DNA of 64,000 nucleotides from Octopus sinensis. Lineage: Eukaryota. Where the stretch lies: contig NC_043001.1 of the NCBI RefSeq assembly GCF_006345805.1, positions 44,392,001-44,456,000 on the forward strand. Direction: 5' to 3'. Each line of letters opens with the position of its first letter. Positions within the stretch are counted from its first letter, which is position 1. Shown here one piece after another: positions 1-13,910 of the stretch. The notes below the pieces were generated by a model. The model was not told the origin of the DNA. It searched no databases and worked only from the letters and a program-made list of their open reading frames with translations. The position numbers and the translations under genes are program-made.

Positions 1-390
1 CTGTGTGGTAAGTAGCTTGCTAACCAACCACATGGTTCCGGGTTCAGTCCCACTGCGTGGCATCTTGGGCAAGTGTCTTCTGCTATAGCCCCGGGCCGAC
101 CAATGCCTTGTGAGTGGATTTGGTAGACGGAAACTGGAAGAAGCCTGTCTTATATATGTATATATATATGTATTTGTGTGTATATGTTTGTGTGTCTGTG
201 TTTGTCCCTTCTAGCATTGCTTGACAACCGATGCTGGTGTGTTTACGTCCCCGTCACTTAGCGGTTCGGCAAAAGAGACTGATAGAATAAGTACTGGGCT
301 TACAAAGAATAAGTCCCGGGGTCGATTTGCTCGACTAAAGGCGGTGCTCCAGCATGGCCGCAGTCAAATGACTGAAACAAGTAAAGGAGA
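1..390 (+). mobile_element. tRNA-derived SINE family A (CORE-like, octopus OR-type), 5' end cut by window edge
   Basis: A-box-like tgtgtggtaag, B-box-like ggttcagtccc, CORE-like (c)ttgggcaagt, internal (TA)/(TG) tract, tail ggcggtgctccagcatggccgcagtcaaatgactgaaacaagtaaa. More than 10 copies in the window. Confidence 0.85.
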
Positions 391-731
391 GAATAAAAGA
401 GAGAAATATTTTTCTCCAATCCATATGTATGTATACACACACACTCACACACATACACACACACACACACATTCTTTAATTCTTTTGCTTATTTCAGTCA
501 TTTGACTGTGCCCATGGTGGAGCACTGCTTTGATGGGTTTTAGTCAAACAAATTGATCCCAGGACTTATTTCTTTTTTAAAGCCGGGTACTTATTCTATT
601 GGTCACTCTTTGCCAAATCGCTAGGTTACAGGGACGTAAACACACACAGGCACACACACACATACACACACACACACACACACATAAAAGATACGAGGAA
701 TTTTCGTCAGGGTGCCTCTTTTTTCTTTTCT

Positions 732-848
<117 letters not shown>

Positions 849-1928
849 GAGTGAGTGGACAAACGAAAGAAAGCTGTTGGATAAGCGTCACGCTTTGAAA
901 ATTTAAGTTCCACGGAATTTGAATGAAACTGTTTTGATCTGCACGCACACACTAAAAGGCGGTGTTCCAGCATGGCCGCAGTCAAATGACTGAAACAAGT
1001 ATAATCATAAAAGAATATAATATATAATATATATGAATATATATCCGACTGCGTATCCATCAGTCATCTTATTTTGCTATTTATCTAACTAAATCTCCAC
1101 CTTTTTGTTCGTGTATAGCTATCTGTCTGTCTCTATTTGTGCTTGATTTTCTTGTCTGTGGCCAACATTCCATCCTTCCATTCCTGTATGTTTCCTACCC
1201 CCATCACCCATCACCCATCACGTTATCTTACAATAAACAAATAAATAAATTTTAAAAATCCAAAAATCAACAAATCAGAAATGAAATCTAGAACAAAAAG
1301 CAACAACTAACACACAAGCTAATATCAACAAACAAGCAAACAAATAACCCGTTTTTTTTTCTTTCTCTCTTTTAAGGCTATGGGACGATAGAGTTAGACC
1401 CCACAACAAACTAGACCTTTAACCGCCATCACCATAGCCACCACAATCGACAAGATCCAGCAACACCGCTAACCACGTGCTCCTCCTAATAACAGATCTG
1501 GTTGAGACTCCCAAACGCTGTCCTATTCTCAACATACCTCACGCTCATGCTCTGTTCCCGCTTTCAATCGGAAGCTATTCTCAATTTCTCGCTTCTCTTC
1601 ACATTTCTTTTATTCATTTATTTACTTATTTATTGTTTGAAAATGCTGCGAGGTGAATTGTTTTTTTTTTTTGTTTCGTTTTGATTTTAAAGAAGAAAAA
1701 AAATAAGACAAATTTATTCATTTCTTTATTCATGTTTAGGTATTTAGTTCTTGAGTTATTTTGTTGCTGGGTTTTTTCCCCCCCTAAATGATATAAGGTT
1801 GTAAGTTGGCTTAGTTTGGATATGGCGTTCAGTTTGGGGTTGTATATATGTGAAGTGGGAACACTTTAATTCGTATTTCTTTCCCTTTTACTTTTCTGAG
1901 ACACAGAGGAGAATTCTTCGTTGTTTTG

Positions 1929-1990
<62 letters not shown>

Positions 1991-3179
1991 CATCATTATC
2001 ATCATCACCATTATTTAAAACTTCACTGAATTTAACACATTTTAAAAATTTTAGGACTCGAGGGTTAAAACGTGTATAAAGGCAATAGGAAGTGGATGGA
2101 GGTACACATTTTTGTTTTGTTTCTTTGTTTTTCAAATAATTATTCCTATACGATGTTTTTATTGGGGTTTTTTTTTCTACTGTTATTGTTGCTGTTTTTG
2201 TTATTGCTCGATGTCATTATCGTTATCACTTCTGTTATTCTTTTTCCTCTTCTTCGTCATCTTCCTTTCCTTTCTTCTTCTTCTTTTTCTTCTTCCTCGT
2301 CTCCTCTTTTCTTCTTCTTCTTCTTCCTCGTCCCTCTCTTTCTTCTTCTTCTTCTTCTTCGCTTCTTCTTCTGGTTCTTCTTCCTTCTTCTCCTCCTTCT
2401 CCCATTCTCCTTCTTCTTACGCTTTCTCTTCTCCTCCTCCTTCCCCTCCTTCCTCTTCTTCTTGTTCTTCCCCTCCTTTTTTCTTGTTCTTTGCCTTCTC
2501 CCCCTCTTTTCTTCTTCCTCGTCCCCTCTTTTCTTTCTCGTCTATTTTCTTCTTCCTCCTCCTCCTCCTACCCTCCCCTCTACCTTCTAATTCTCTTTCC
2601 TCTTTTTCAGTCTCCCCAGTTCTGATAATGTTAAATGAAATGTTTAGTCTGTAGGTTATGATTGCAGGCAAGGTTTAATAGTTCAAGCAGGATGGGTAGG
2701 ATGTACCCAGAAATGTTGATTTTGTTAAAGCACGCTACCTACCGTCCCATAAAACGGTTTGATTTTCGCTGTTGTTGTTGTTTTTGTTATTTTCTTATTT
2801 GATTTCTTGACGTGGTCGTTGTTGTTTGTGGTTTTGCCTGACATTGTTGTTGCTTTCGTTTTCCATTTTATATTCTAATTTGCCCTTTTGTATGTTTTTC
2901 ATTGCTGCTGCTGCGGTTGTTGTTGTTGTTGTTGTTGTGGTGGTGGTGGTGGTAAGGTGAGGTTGCATGTGTGGAATTGAAAAAGTTTAAGACACTAAAA
3001 CAAAAGACTAAAATATGTGACCGAGAATTCGTTTACACACAGAGACTCACACACTTGCATACACATACATTACAACTTGCATATAATGCGCACACATATA
3101 CACACCTTTGTTTGCATAGTCGTGCACACGCGTACATACACACACAGGCAGTCAAACACACATATTTTTCTCTTTTATT

Positions 3180-3325
3180 TCTCTTTTACTTGTTTCAGTC
3201 ATTTGACTGCGGCCATCCTGGAGCACCGCCTTTAGTCGAGCAAATCGACCCCAGGGCTTATTCTTTGGAAACCTAGTACTTATTCTATCAGTCTCTTTTG
3301 CCGAACCGCTAAGTTACGGAGGACG
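3180..3325 (-). mobile_element. SINE family A, 3' fragment
   Basis: Reverse complement of the family A tail (cttgtttcagtcatttgactgcggcc...). Confidence 0.75.
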
Positions 3326-3764
3326 TATCAGTTTACTTCCTCCACCCAAATTTACTGGCTCTTATGCAAATCTAGTGGCACACAGACAAGTGCACCTATG
3401 ACTACACATGTAGGAATCTATAACGAAGATACAAGAACTATAAGGACCGCATGAATTCACAATGGGTGTTCTCTTTTGCCGCAAATTTAGACGAGATATT
3501 CCCAACTGCTGAACAACTGATTTCTACAGCAGTGAATTTTATTTATTCTCCGTTCTGGAAACATTATCACACCAATTATATTTACACTACATTATTGTTT
3601 TTATCGCAATGTTCCATGTTTCACCGTTAAGCGCAGGTGTGGCTGTATGGTAAGAAGCTTGCTTCCAAATCACATGGTTCCAGGTTCAGTCCTACTGCAT
3701 GGCACATATGGTAGACGGAAACTTAAAGAAGCCCATCCTATATATATATATATATATATATATA

Positions 3765-4348
3765 ACAGAATTCAATAAATTCAATCATATTTTTCATAAA
3801 TGGAAGAGATTAGATGTTAATATTGATTGAAATTATTTTTATTCATGTAGCCATACAATCATTTCATACAGAAAGACAATAAATTCATTTTAAGAATTTG
3901 GATTGTCAAAAGGTATTCGTCAATATCAAAACTATCTCTTAATAACGGAAACAAAAGTGGAAAATGCGGGCGGCCTAATTGTGGCACATGCCCCCACCTT
4001 TTGGAAGGTAAGAATTCTACTTCAAACAAGGTGAAATATTTAAGATAAAGTAAATTTCACTTGTGCCTCTGAAAACCTAATCTATGTTATTACCTGCTTA
4101 GGTTGCGAAAACCACTATATTGGAGAAACACGAATGTCCCTCAGACGAACAACGCTTCACAAAGAACAAATCCGCTTCCCACAATATAGACAGATACAGG
4201 TCAGTGAGCACGTAGATGTGCTAGGAAGCTTAAACCAAACTTTCTAATTTTCCCTTTTTATCAATGTTCCCAGAACACCTCAGTGCAGCAAGGACTAAAT
4301 AAAGCTGCAACTTTTATTAATAAATATCAACCACAACTTAATACATGA
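3765..4348 (+). pseudogene. Penelope-like element C-terminal relic: Cys-rich linker plus GIY-YIG endonuclease
   Basis: Hand translation gives GKCGRPNCGTCPHLL (from 3959), NFTCASENLIYVITCLGCENHYIGETRMSLRR (from 4053), then LHKEQIR, VSEH and FINKYQPQLNT*. Frameshifted, starts beside (TA)n. Confidence 0.85.
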
Positions 4349-4526
4349 CACTACTAACCTTACTAATACCAATAATCCCACTAATCCTCATATATATCAA
4401 TCATATTCTATTAATCATATTAACCTAGTTGTATCATTTTCAGAACTGCTTACCTCCCTTGTATGCAATCTTTTCACTCAGGTACTATTAGATCCAACAC
4501 CGTTTGGAAATCGGTGTTGATTCAAC

Positions 4527-4559
4527 GTCAGTGAACAGCGATGACGAAACCGGTGTGAC
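4527..4559 (+). ncRNA. Variant minimal type I hammerhead-like motif (GUGAACA core) downstream of the PLE ORF
   Basis: gtca-GTGAACA-gcgatgac-GAAAC-cg-GTG-tgac: stem I gtca/tgac, palindromic stem III accggt. Cleavage triplet GUG is non-canonical. Confidence 0.5.
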
Positions 4560-5473
4560 TTTCTAGATTGACTCATGATAATGATTTTTATATTTCTTAA
4601 TTCCACCTCAAATCATTTATTTGTCTGTATATATCTTTGTTTTTATTTCTAAAAAAGGTCATTATTTCATACCTTGTGTGCATTTTCTTTGTTTCTTTTT
4701 ACTTTTCCCCTATTTATACAACGTACAGTCTTTTTTCTTTGAAACCTGTTTCTTTTACATATGTGCGTGTGTCTCCACCACTGCTTCACAACTGATGTTG
4801 GTTTGTTTACGTCCCCTGTAATCTAGCGGTTCGGCAAGAGACTGATAGAATAAGTACCAGGCTTTGAAAAAAATGCACTGGAGTTGATTCTTTCGACTAA
4901 CAATTCAAGGCAATGCTCCGGCATGGCTACAGTCAAAGACTGAAAAATAATTAAAATATAAGAGATTAAAAGACTATTCCTTATTCTGAGAAGTAAGGAT
5001 ACATTATTGCTTCTGGTGTTTCGTTGGTACGATCATTCAGAACTATCAGTACGATCCTTCTTACGAACAGCATTGTAAACATATTCGGCAATAACATCAT
5101 CTCTCATGCAAAGAAGTAATACCATGTGAACATTATCTCGGACAGTTGATGATGATGATGATGATGAGAGGAATATCTTCCATACTGATATGACACAGCA
5201 TTTTGTAACACAACCAGGGGGTTTCTTTTATTTAACGAATATTTTCGCTATCAACTCCTGTTCCCGACGAGTGAAGGCAGGTCCTTTATTTGTCAGATAT
5301 GATGTAATGTATCTGTCATACGTCAGGGAAGGATACTGTACTTGTCAATGTTGGTATTTTATAGTTTTCCCGATGTGTATCCAAGCGTAACTTTCAACAA
5401 ATATGATGAGCGCTTCTTTTCTAAGTTACTGTTTAAGTAGCGCCATCCACGGAACTGCTATATTTCTCGCTAT

Positions 5474-5509
<36 letters not shown>

Positions 5510-5562
5510 CACACACACACATATATATGCATATATACATACACACACACATATATATATAC

Positions 5563-5611
<49 letters not shown>

Positions 5612-6619
5612 CCCACGCGCGCACACATATACACATATGTACACTAGTGTATCTGAAGAATATTTATCCATAAGAACGAAACAATATTTATGTAAACTCC
5701 ACGCATGACCTCCTTTGTCCCTTGTCTCTGTGTTGTTTGTGCGTGTGTTTATGTGTGTGTGTGTGTGTTGTGTGTGTGTGTGTGTGTGTGTGTTTGGTGT
5801 GCGCGTAGATGTGTGTGTGTCTCCATACATGCATGCATACATAGAAAGAATTTCAACTCACACAAACTCAAATGCACATATGCATTCATTCAGTCACACA
5901 AGCACATTCATATAAACTGAGTCAGTTAAAAGAGAAGTGAAAAGAAAGCTAGTGAGGGAGGGAAGAGGGAGAGAGAAAGAAGGGAGGAGAGAATGATGGT
6001 GCAAGAGAGACTTTAATTGACAGCTAGAGATATATACTCATGTATATATATATACATAGAAACGTGCATACAAAGTCGAAGCCACATATGTAAAGATTTA
6101 CATACAAACGTACGTACAGTATACTTACAAACCTAAAGCCACAAATATAGCAACAAATAGTTACACACAAACGCACATAGACGCATAATTACACATAAAT
6201 ATATACATAATACATGCATACAAAGCCAAAGCCGCTGTATCTAAACACAAATGCGATGAAAATATATCAAACATGGCTGCCGTTAATAATAAAATGTCTT
6301 CTGCAATGGCGGGAAAACTTAAAGAAGCTATGGTTTATAGCCTATGACTCAGGGGAGTAATAAATACCAAATATCTCTGTCCGAAACGCCTTGTTAGGGT
6401 CACACATAATTGAACCTAGTCGAAAATTTCGGTAGGGTTGGGCTATTTGATTAGGGAGGAGTTTGATGGCTTAGGATAGCGGTGGGTAATAGAGAGGAGA
6501 TGAAGAGAGAAAGAGAATGACAGAGAGAAAGGGAGAGGATAGAAAATACTGGCGAAAAGCAGATAATATTAAAACGGTGTTGACGTGGTGAAAATTATTG
6601 TTGTGGTGGTGGTGGTGGT

Positions 6620-6660
<41 letters not shown>

Positions 6661-7925
6661 GTGTGAGTGTGTGTATGTGTGTGTTGCAATCGTATGTGTG
6701 CGTGTGTGTGTTAGTTTGTTACTTTGTATATTTTTGTAGTGGTGGGACGATGGTGATCGTGGCGGTGGTCGTGGTTGGGGGTGGTGTGTAGTGTGTCGTG
6801 TATGCATGTATTGTTTCATATGTTGTGATGGCGATGCGTATGTTGTGATATGCGCCCTTGCGTTGTGGTATATTTTCCGATGTGTGCTTAGTAGTATGTG
6901 TATGTGGTAGTGTTTGTGTGTGTCTGTATCAGTTATTGCGTGTGTGTTTTCGAAGGAGAGATAAAGAATTATTTATTGTGCGTACGTGCGTGTACATGCA
7001 CTTGTCTTTATAAGAGCATACATATACACATGTATACATACATAATATAAATAATACATACACACACACACACAGATGCATATATGGACGTCACCATCAG
7101 TATACAACATGTATTACGAAAGCAAATGTGTTCAATACGCAAACAATGAGAGAAAGAAATGGAAAACAGGACAAGAAACATAAAGAACGACCCTTCATCA
7201 GTTGTCGACTGTCTATCTACTCCCCATTTCGAGCTTTGTACCCATATATGGATATATATATATATATATATATATTATTTATATTATTATTTGATTGAAC
7301 GCCACGCATCCATTTCCGAGTAAGTTTATCCCTACATACATACATACATACATACATACATACATACATACATACATACATACATACATACATACATACG
7401 CATACCTTATTAATATAGCGTGGGTTATGACTAAATGTGTCTGCTGGAATAAGAATGTTTAATAAACGTATATTTAGTCTCATTGTAAAATTAAATCCCA
7501 CCGTTAAACCACACGAGTGTTGAAAACTTAGAATGAGGATCATCCTAAGAAGTCTCTAGTTTCGTCTTACTTAATATATATACGTATTAAATTAGTATTT
7601 AAAGCAGCTCTTGTAATGTAAACAATATCGATCGCACGTACATAAAATATGTTTTGCTTATACACCGAATTTGCTACGTCTGGGAAAACTCTCTACTCTG
7701 CTGACTGCCTGGTATTGATAAGCCACAATAATGACGAAATATTGGCATATACGATTCTCGCATTCATTCCAAGGGTAGTTGTCTCGCCTGGTCTGTTATA
7801 TTCAAGTGTTCTTTAGCATTCAGTGCTGTGTAGGGAGCTTCCCCAGACGCTTTCCCACAGCGAATTCGACGTATAAACAAAAAAGTATACACTGTGTATG
7901 TGCGATCGATAATGCTTTTATACTT

Positions 7926-7975
<50 letters not shown>

Positions 7976-7977
<2 letters not shown>

Positions 7978-8488
7978 TAGCAGTATCGCCCGGCGTTGCT
8001 CGGGTTTGTAAGGGAAATAACTATATAAGCATTTTAGAGAGTTATAGCAAGAAAATGCATTAAAAATGGAATTAAAAAATGATGATAATTTTTTTTTAAA
8101 TCGTTGACTCAGTGTCTTCAAGCCATGAAGTCGTTGTTCTAAAAGAACGCTGGTCTCCTTGACAACGCTTTACGACGTTGATTTCCTTACACTCCCTTCC
8201 CCACAGCTTCACGAGAGAGGGAAGAAGGGGGAGAAGCAGGTGCAGGTGTGAGCATGGACGCCAACTCCGCCGCCATCCACACACGAAAAATTATGCATTA
8301 AAAATGGAATAAAAAATGATGTTAAATTATTTTTAAAATCGTAGACTCATCGTAGACGCGCGCTAATAGCCAGACGGGCTCGATATGAATCACGACTATA
8401 AGATACCCGGTTTTGGTTAAACTGCACCGCAAAATGTGGGAGTAGTTAGGAATCTAAATCGAAGGGGACAGACACTCACACAACTACA

Positions 8489-8500
<12 letters not shown>
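7976..8500 (-). mobile_element. Non-autonomous Helitron-like element
   Basis: On the minus strand it ends in a GC hairpin (cccgagcaacgccggg) followed by CTAG. The other end is tatataaaactgtag...tctgtc. Same termini as the 41762 element. Confidence 0.7.
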
Positions 8501-8539
<39 letters not shown>

Positions 8540-8541
<2 letters not shown>

Positions 8542-9047
8542 AGACTTACAACTGTTTTTCTTCTGTTTTTTATAAGCGCCGAAATGTGTATAGAGATACA
8601 AATAAGATGATAATTTATTTTCCAACACCGAGATGCCGTTAGAACAGCTGACACATTGGGTGAATTACCCTTACTAAGCGAAAAGATTGGTCAAACAGCC
8701 AGAGTCTTAAGAGATATAGGCTCGAGTCCCATGGCTGTTTGTTGACAAATTATTGTATCTCTATACACATTTCGGCGCCTATATATAAATGAAAAACGTT
8801 AGCTTGTTTATATTTATATGCACGTGGTTGCACATTTAGCTTTTAAAAAAGCGTCTAAAAAACAGATTGATATGTCGGCGGGCAGTTTAGCTTAATGATA
8901 AAGCACTTGGCCGGAGTTTTTAAAAGACATGGGTTCGAGACCCATGGCTTTTGGTTGATAAATTTTTCCGCTTTGTAAGGGCAATTTACCCAATATCTCT
9001 GCTGCTCTAATGGCGTCTTTGCGTTCGAAAATAAATTATCATCTTAC
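8540..9047. repeat. Nested inverted-repeat element with tRNA-like (Pol III box) segment
   Basis: gcgccgaaatgtgtatagagataca (~8576) is inverted at ~8755-8779. ~8602-8690 is inverted at ~8960-9047. tagcttaatg and ggttcgagacc boxes lie at ~8888-8943. Confidence 0.6.
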
Positions 9048-9548
9048 CTGTGTGTGTGTGTGTGTGTGTATGTATATATATATACATATATACATACATA
9101 TATATACATATATATATATGCATATATACATATACATATACATATATATATATAGATATATATATATGTATATATATATATACAGTACAATATATATATA
9201 TACATGTACATATATATATATATACATATATAATATATATAATACATATATATATACATATATATATACACATGCATATATATATATTAATATATATATA
9301 TATATACACATACATAATATATATATACATACATATAATACATACATATATATATACACATACATATATATATATACATACATATATATATATGTATATA
9401 TATATACATATATTTATATGTATATATATATACATATATTTATATATATATATATATATATACATACATATATATACTTATACATACATACATACATACA
9501 TATACATACACATACATACATATATACATACATACATACATACATACA

Positions 9549-9584
<36 letters not shown>

Positions 9585-9590
9585 TAATTA
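9048..9590. repeat. Compound (TG)n/(TA)n/(TACA)n microsatellite
   Basis: Seen directly. One of dozens of such tracts, which produce the YI/HT/CV ORFs. Confidence 0.95.
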
Positions 9591-10438
9591 ACCAGATAAG
9601 TGAAGTGAGAGAATAGATGTTTATTACATTTATTGACAGCTGTTTTGTAATTTATCGTTGGTTATATCAGCGACACTACATTGTCCAGCACACATATAAA
9701 AGTATACATATGGATACATGCAGATGCATATAAAAGTATAAAAGTACTTGCGCAGTGACATTATGAACAGACTAGACATCAGAATAAATTATGTTTGGCA
9801 AGTAAAACTTCAAAGCTCTGCGAGAATTAACCAGTTTTCTGATCATATAGTAGCAGGAAATAAATGTATTTGGCAGACTTTCATCCTTTACAAATATTAA
9901 ACTGATCATATTACATGGAACGTATTAAGAAAAGTGGTCTCGGTGCTGGAGGTGACAGATAAACATGTGGTTTATATGCTTCCACTACTGTATGCATATC
10001 CTTGACTTTATGCGAACTACATCTGCCAGCGTTATGAACTAATTCCGAGCCCCAAGAAACAGTTGTCGGACCTGTAACATCATGCCTTCTCCCTTTAATT
10101 TCTCGTGTCTATGTACTCTGTGTAAGCTCGTTTTGTTAATATATAAATGTTTATATATCTATATATGAATATTCATCGTCTGAATATTTCAGTTTTCGTT
10201 TTCTCTTTATTTACATGTATATATGTATGTATATTCTGTATATCTAGCCCAAGCGGTTGTATTTGCTTATTTGCATTATCAGCTTCACATCTGCTCATCT
10301 GGAATTCCTCTTATAGCCACTCTTTACTGTCCCTCCCTCCCACACTCTCCCCCCTCTCTCTCTGTATATATATATATATATACATATACTAACGTGTATA
10401 CACATTTTTATTCACATATATACACACACATATATACA

Positions 10439-10487
<49 letters not shown>

Positions 10488-10511
10488 GTCTGTCTGTCTG
10501 TCTGTCTATAT

Positions 10512-10569
<58 letters not shown>

Positions 10570-11782
10570 GTATATATATACGTATAAACTCGCACCGCAC
10601 ACACATACACTCACACACGCACACACATACAAAGATATACGCTTGTATTTATGTATGAAGAAGAATATGTATTATGCCACATCCGCATCATAGAAGCACA
10701 CATCAATTACACATGTGGATGTAAGGTCATTACATTACATAGGCAGCCTACATAATGCAATAAGAAAATATAAACTAATGTTGAGTTAACTACAATCAAA
10801 CTGTCGTCTACCAGATGCAGAGTAACAAATAGTTATAAAACTATCATGGCTGAACATAACCGTAAATTTGCCGCCTCAAAATGTTATAATCACGTGATAT
10901 ATATTGCAATTATATTGTTGTAGGGAAGGCTAACTTGGTGATGTTGGTGGAAGTTATGGTGGTGGTAGTGGTGGCGGTGGCGGTGGCGGTGGCGATGGTG
11001 GTGGGGTAACGATACTAGCAGGAATGTATGAAGGATATACTAGCCAAGAGGAGCCTGGCAGGCTGGCTGGTGATTTCATGTTATTTATTTAGGTATTTAT
11101 TTACGTTCCTATTGCTGTTGTTGGTTCTTATTGTCCTTCGGCCTCATCTGCCACTCCTGTGGAAAATAAATGAAACCATTATTAGTGGTGGAGTTACCAA
11201 TCGGGAGATTGGTGGAATCAGTAGAATGTTGGTGAAAATATCTTGCACGACATTTGTTCTGGGGGGGTTTTTTTGTGTGTTCAGGGTTCAAATCCAGCCA
11301 CGGTTAATTCCTATTTTTCTCCTTTCGAGGCAGGTAAAATAGAGTTCCAGTTTAGTACTAAGGTCAATTTGATCGACTGCCCCTCTCCCAAATATAAGAC
11401 GCTACACCTTTGTTAGATGCAATCGTAAAACTATTTTGTTAGGGTTGTGACTTGGAAAAACCGTTGGACCGTCGGAAAAAATGTCTTGTGCTATTTCTTC
11501 CGACTCGGTAAGTTCTAGTTTCAAATCACATGGAGACTTCACCGGTCTTACTCGACTAACTCTAACCTCAAATCTCCGACCTTAAACCTTTAAGATCACG
11601 AACCCGCAGAAGTCAGTTTTGCCTATCAGCTTTTCAGTGTCAACAGAACAAAGTACTGGAATCTAGTGGAATCGATTTAATTGACTAACTCTCCCCTCAA
11701 AAATTTCCGGTCTTGTGCTATGCTAGTAACTATCTAACCCTTTAACTATGAAATTTAAGTTTCATAGTTATTCCAATAATTA

Positions 11783-12210
11783 TCTCTTATATAAAATCCG
11801 TTCTGTCTGTCTGTGTGTGTCTTCTCGGATCTCGGGTATCCTCCAAACGATTGCGCTCAAATTTGATATGTAGATACCGACGCTATCAGGGCGTGTATAA
11901 GTTTTGAAAAAATTACAAAAATCGATTCCAGGTGAGAATGCGATCGATAAAGCTGTTTTTGTCCTGCTTTTCTTCCGTCAACATAACTGCACCTTCCATT
12001 TTTTGCTGTTTTTGTACTGCTTAAAGGCACGTTTTCTTTCCTGCTAAGCTTACTGTTTAAACCATGTTTGTGTTCTCCCAGTCAATAGCCTTATCATAAC
12101 TAGTACTTTAAACTCTTTTGTTGCATATTTGTGTGAATAAAATCGTTTTTCTTTGGAATAGAAAAAAGTCTATCCTTATTTCTTCCTTTGCAGGTGTCTC
12201 AAATTTAGGT
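11783..12210 (+). mobile_element. Helitron-like 5' fragment
   Basis: tctcttatataaaa...ctgtctgtctgtgtgtgtc...aaatttgatatg start resembles the 5' ends of the other Helitron-like copies. No CTAG end found. Confidence 0.45.
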
Positions 12211-13847
12211 TAAATCAGTGTTTCTCAAAGGCGAAGCCTATGGGACGGTCGGACAAGTTGTTTTGAGAAAATTTGCTTAAATGTTTGACAACTCAGCACC
12301 GTCTATTGGACGGGGGGGGGGGGGCGTTTTGCTCGTATTAAATATCTACGAAAAATTACAATCAGTATTTTCTGCAAGTCACGTTGTCTCAATAAACTTG
12401 ACATGTCTCAACAAAAACATGAGATTCTTCAACAAAATTGGTATATAAAACTGCTTTCGGAAGTTAAGGGAAAATATATTTTGAGTGGTTATATCTGATT
12501 TCTGGAGTAAAAGGGTTAAGGCAGTGACTTTGCAGAATCGTTAGAGCGCCGGGTAAAACACCCCACGATACTTCTTCTGATTTCTTTACGTACTAAGTTC
12601 AAATTACGCTGAAGTCAAACTTTGGCTTTCATGCTTCGGGTTACTGGAGTCGATGTAATCCACTCTTCCCCTCCACCAGACTTCGGGTCCTATATGTTTT
12701 CTAGAAATAATATTAGTGTTGTTAAAACGGTAGAATAATCGATTCGTTGAGACGGTGAAAAAATACATTGTGTATATTAGTTTCTTGTTTCAAATCACAC
12801 CGAAGTTACCTTTGCACTTTCCTGTTTTATGGTCTATAAAAGAGAGAACCAGGCAAGCACTGAGTTGGATTTAATCGACTAATCTCATCTCTCTAAAATT
12901 TCAGGCCTTGTACCGATGCTAGAAATCAGTATTAATGGTGATGTTGAACTAACGTATCAGTACAGATCACGCAAATCAAAGCAGTTCCAGTCGTGACATA
13001 TCTAGGACTACTTTACCAGCTAATTTGACTAATATTTCTAGCAGTTTGATCCTCCACATAAAGGTACCCTGGTGGTGGCATTGGTTGTGTTGGCAGTTTG
13101 CGTTGGTGGTGATGACAGTTTTTGCTGTTTTTTCAATGATTAGTTGTTCTTGTTCTTGTTCTTGTTCTTGTTTTTGTTGCTTGTACGGCTGGTGGTTGAT
13201 GTAATTCTCGTATTTTCAGCAACTGTCCAACTCTGATCGACCAGGCCTTTTATTCCAGCTAAGTGACTATCTCATCATCATTTTAAGGATATCCAGAAAC
13301 AACATTATTCAATGCCACCTCTTCCAAATCCTCATACACTTTCTTCTCGGGATAGAAGGATGTTATTTGCAAAAAATTAGGCTGCCATTTCTTGTACGTC
13401 AAGTGACCATCAGAGCCTTACTCATAGTGTTGTGAGTTGCCTTTTCGTCAATGTTGCTTTTTACAGTATATGTGTGTGTTTGTGTGTGTGTGTTGTGTGT
13501 GTGTGTGTGTGCGTGTGCGCGCGCGCCTGTGCGTATGTGTATGCGTGTGAGTGTGTGTGTATGTATCTATATATGTATGCATAAATGTGTGTGTGTGTAT
13601 AATTATATATATATACACGCAAACATATACATACACACGCACAGCTTAGACATACATACATTCATACATGCATACATGTAACCAACTCCATATATTTAAA
13701 TGCTTTCCGAAATGAACATACACTTCGCTATAATGGCTCCGAGTATGCTACAGGTTGTGTTACAAGTGTTATACTCTGAGTTCACTGCTTCTTATAGTAG
13801 AAACAGCGGTAAGCTAATACAGATGATTACTCCTGTCTTCTTGACAT

Positions 13848-13910
<63 letters not shown>

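Noticed and set aside
1-70. tRNA genes at SINE heads
   Set aside because: They have A/B boxes but continue into SINE bodies and lack a full cloverleaf.
2072-2654. Long hydrophobic F/L/S ORFs, also 24450-25085 and 45668-46909
   Set aside because: Stop-free pyrimidine tracts rather than membrane proteins.
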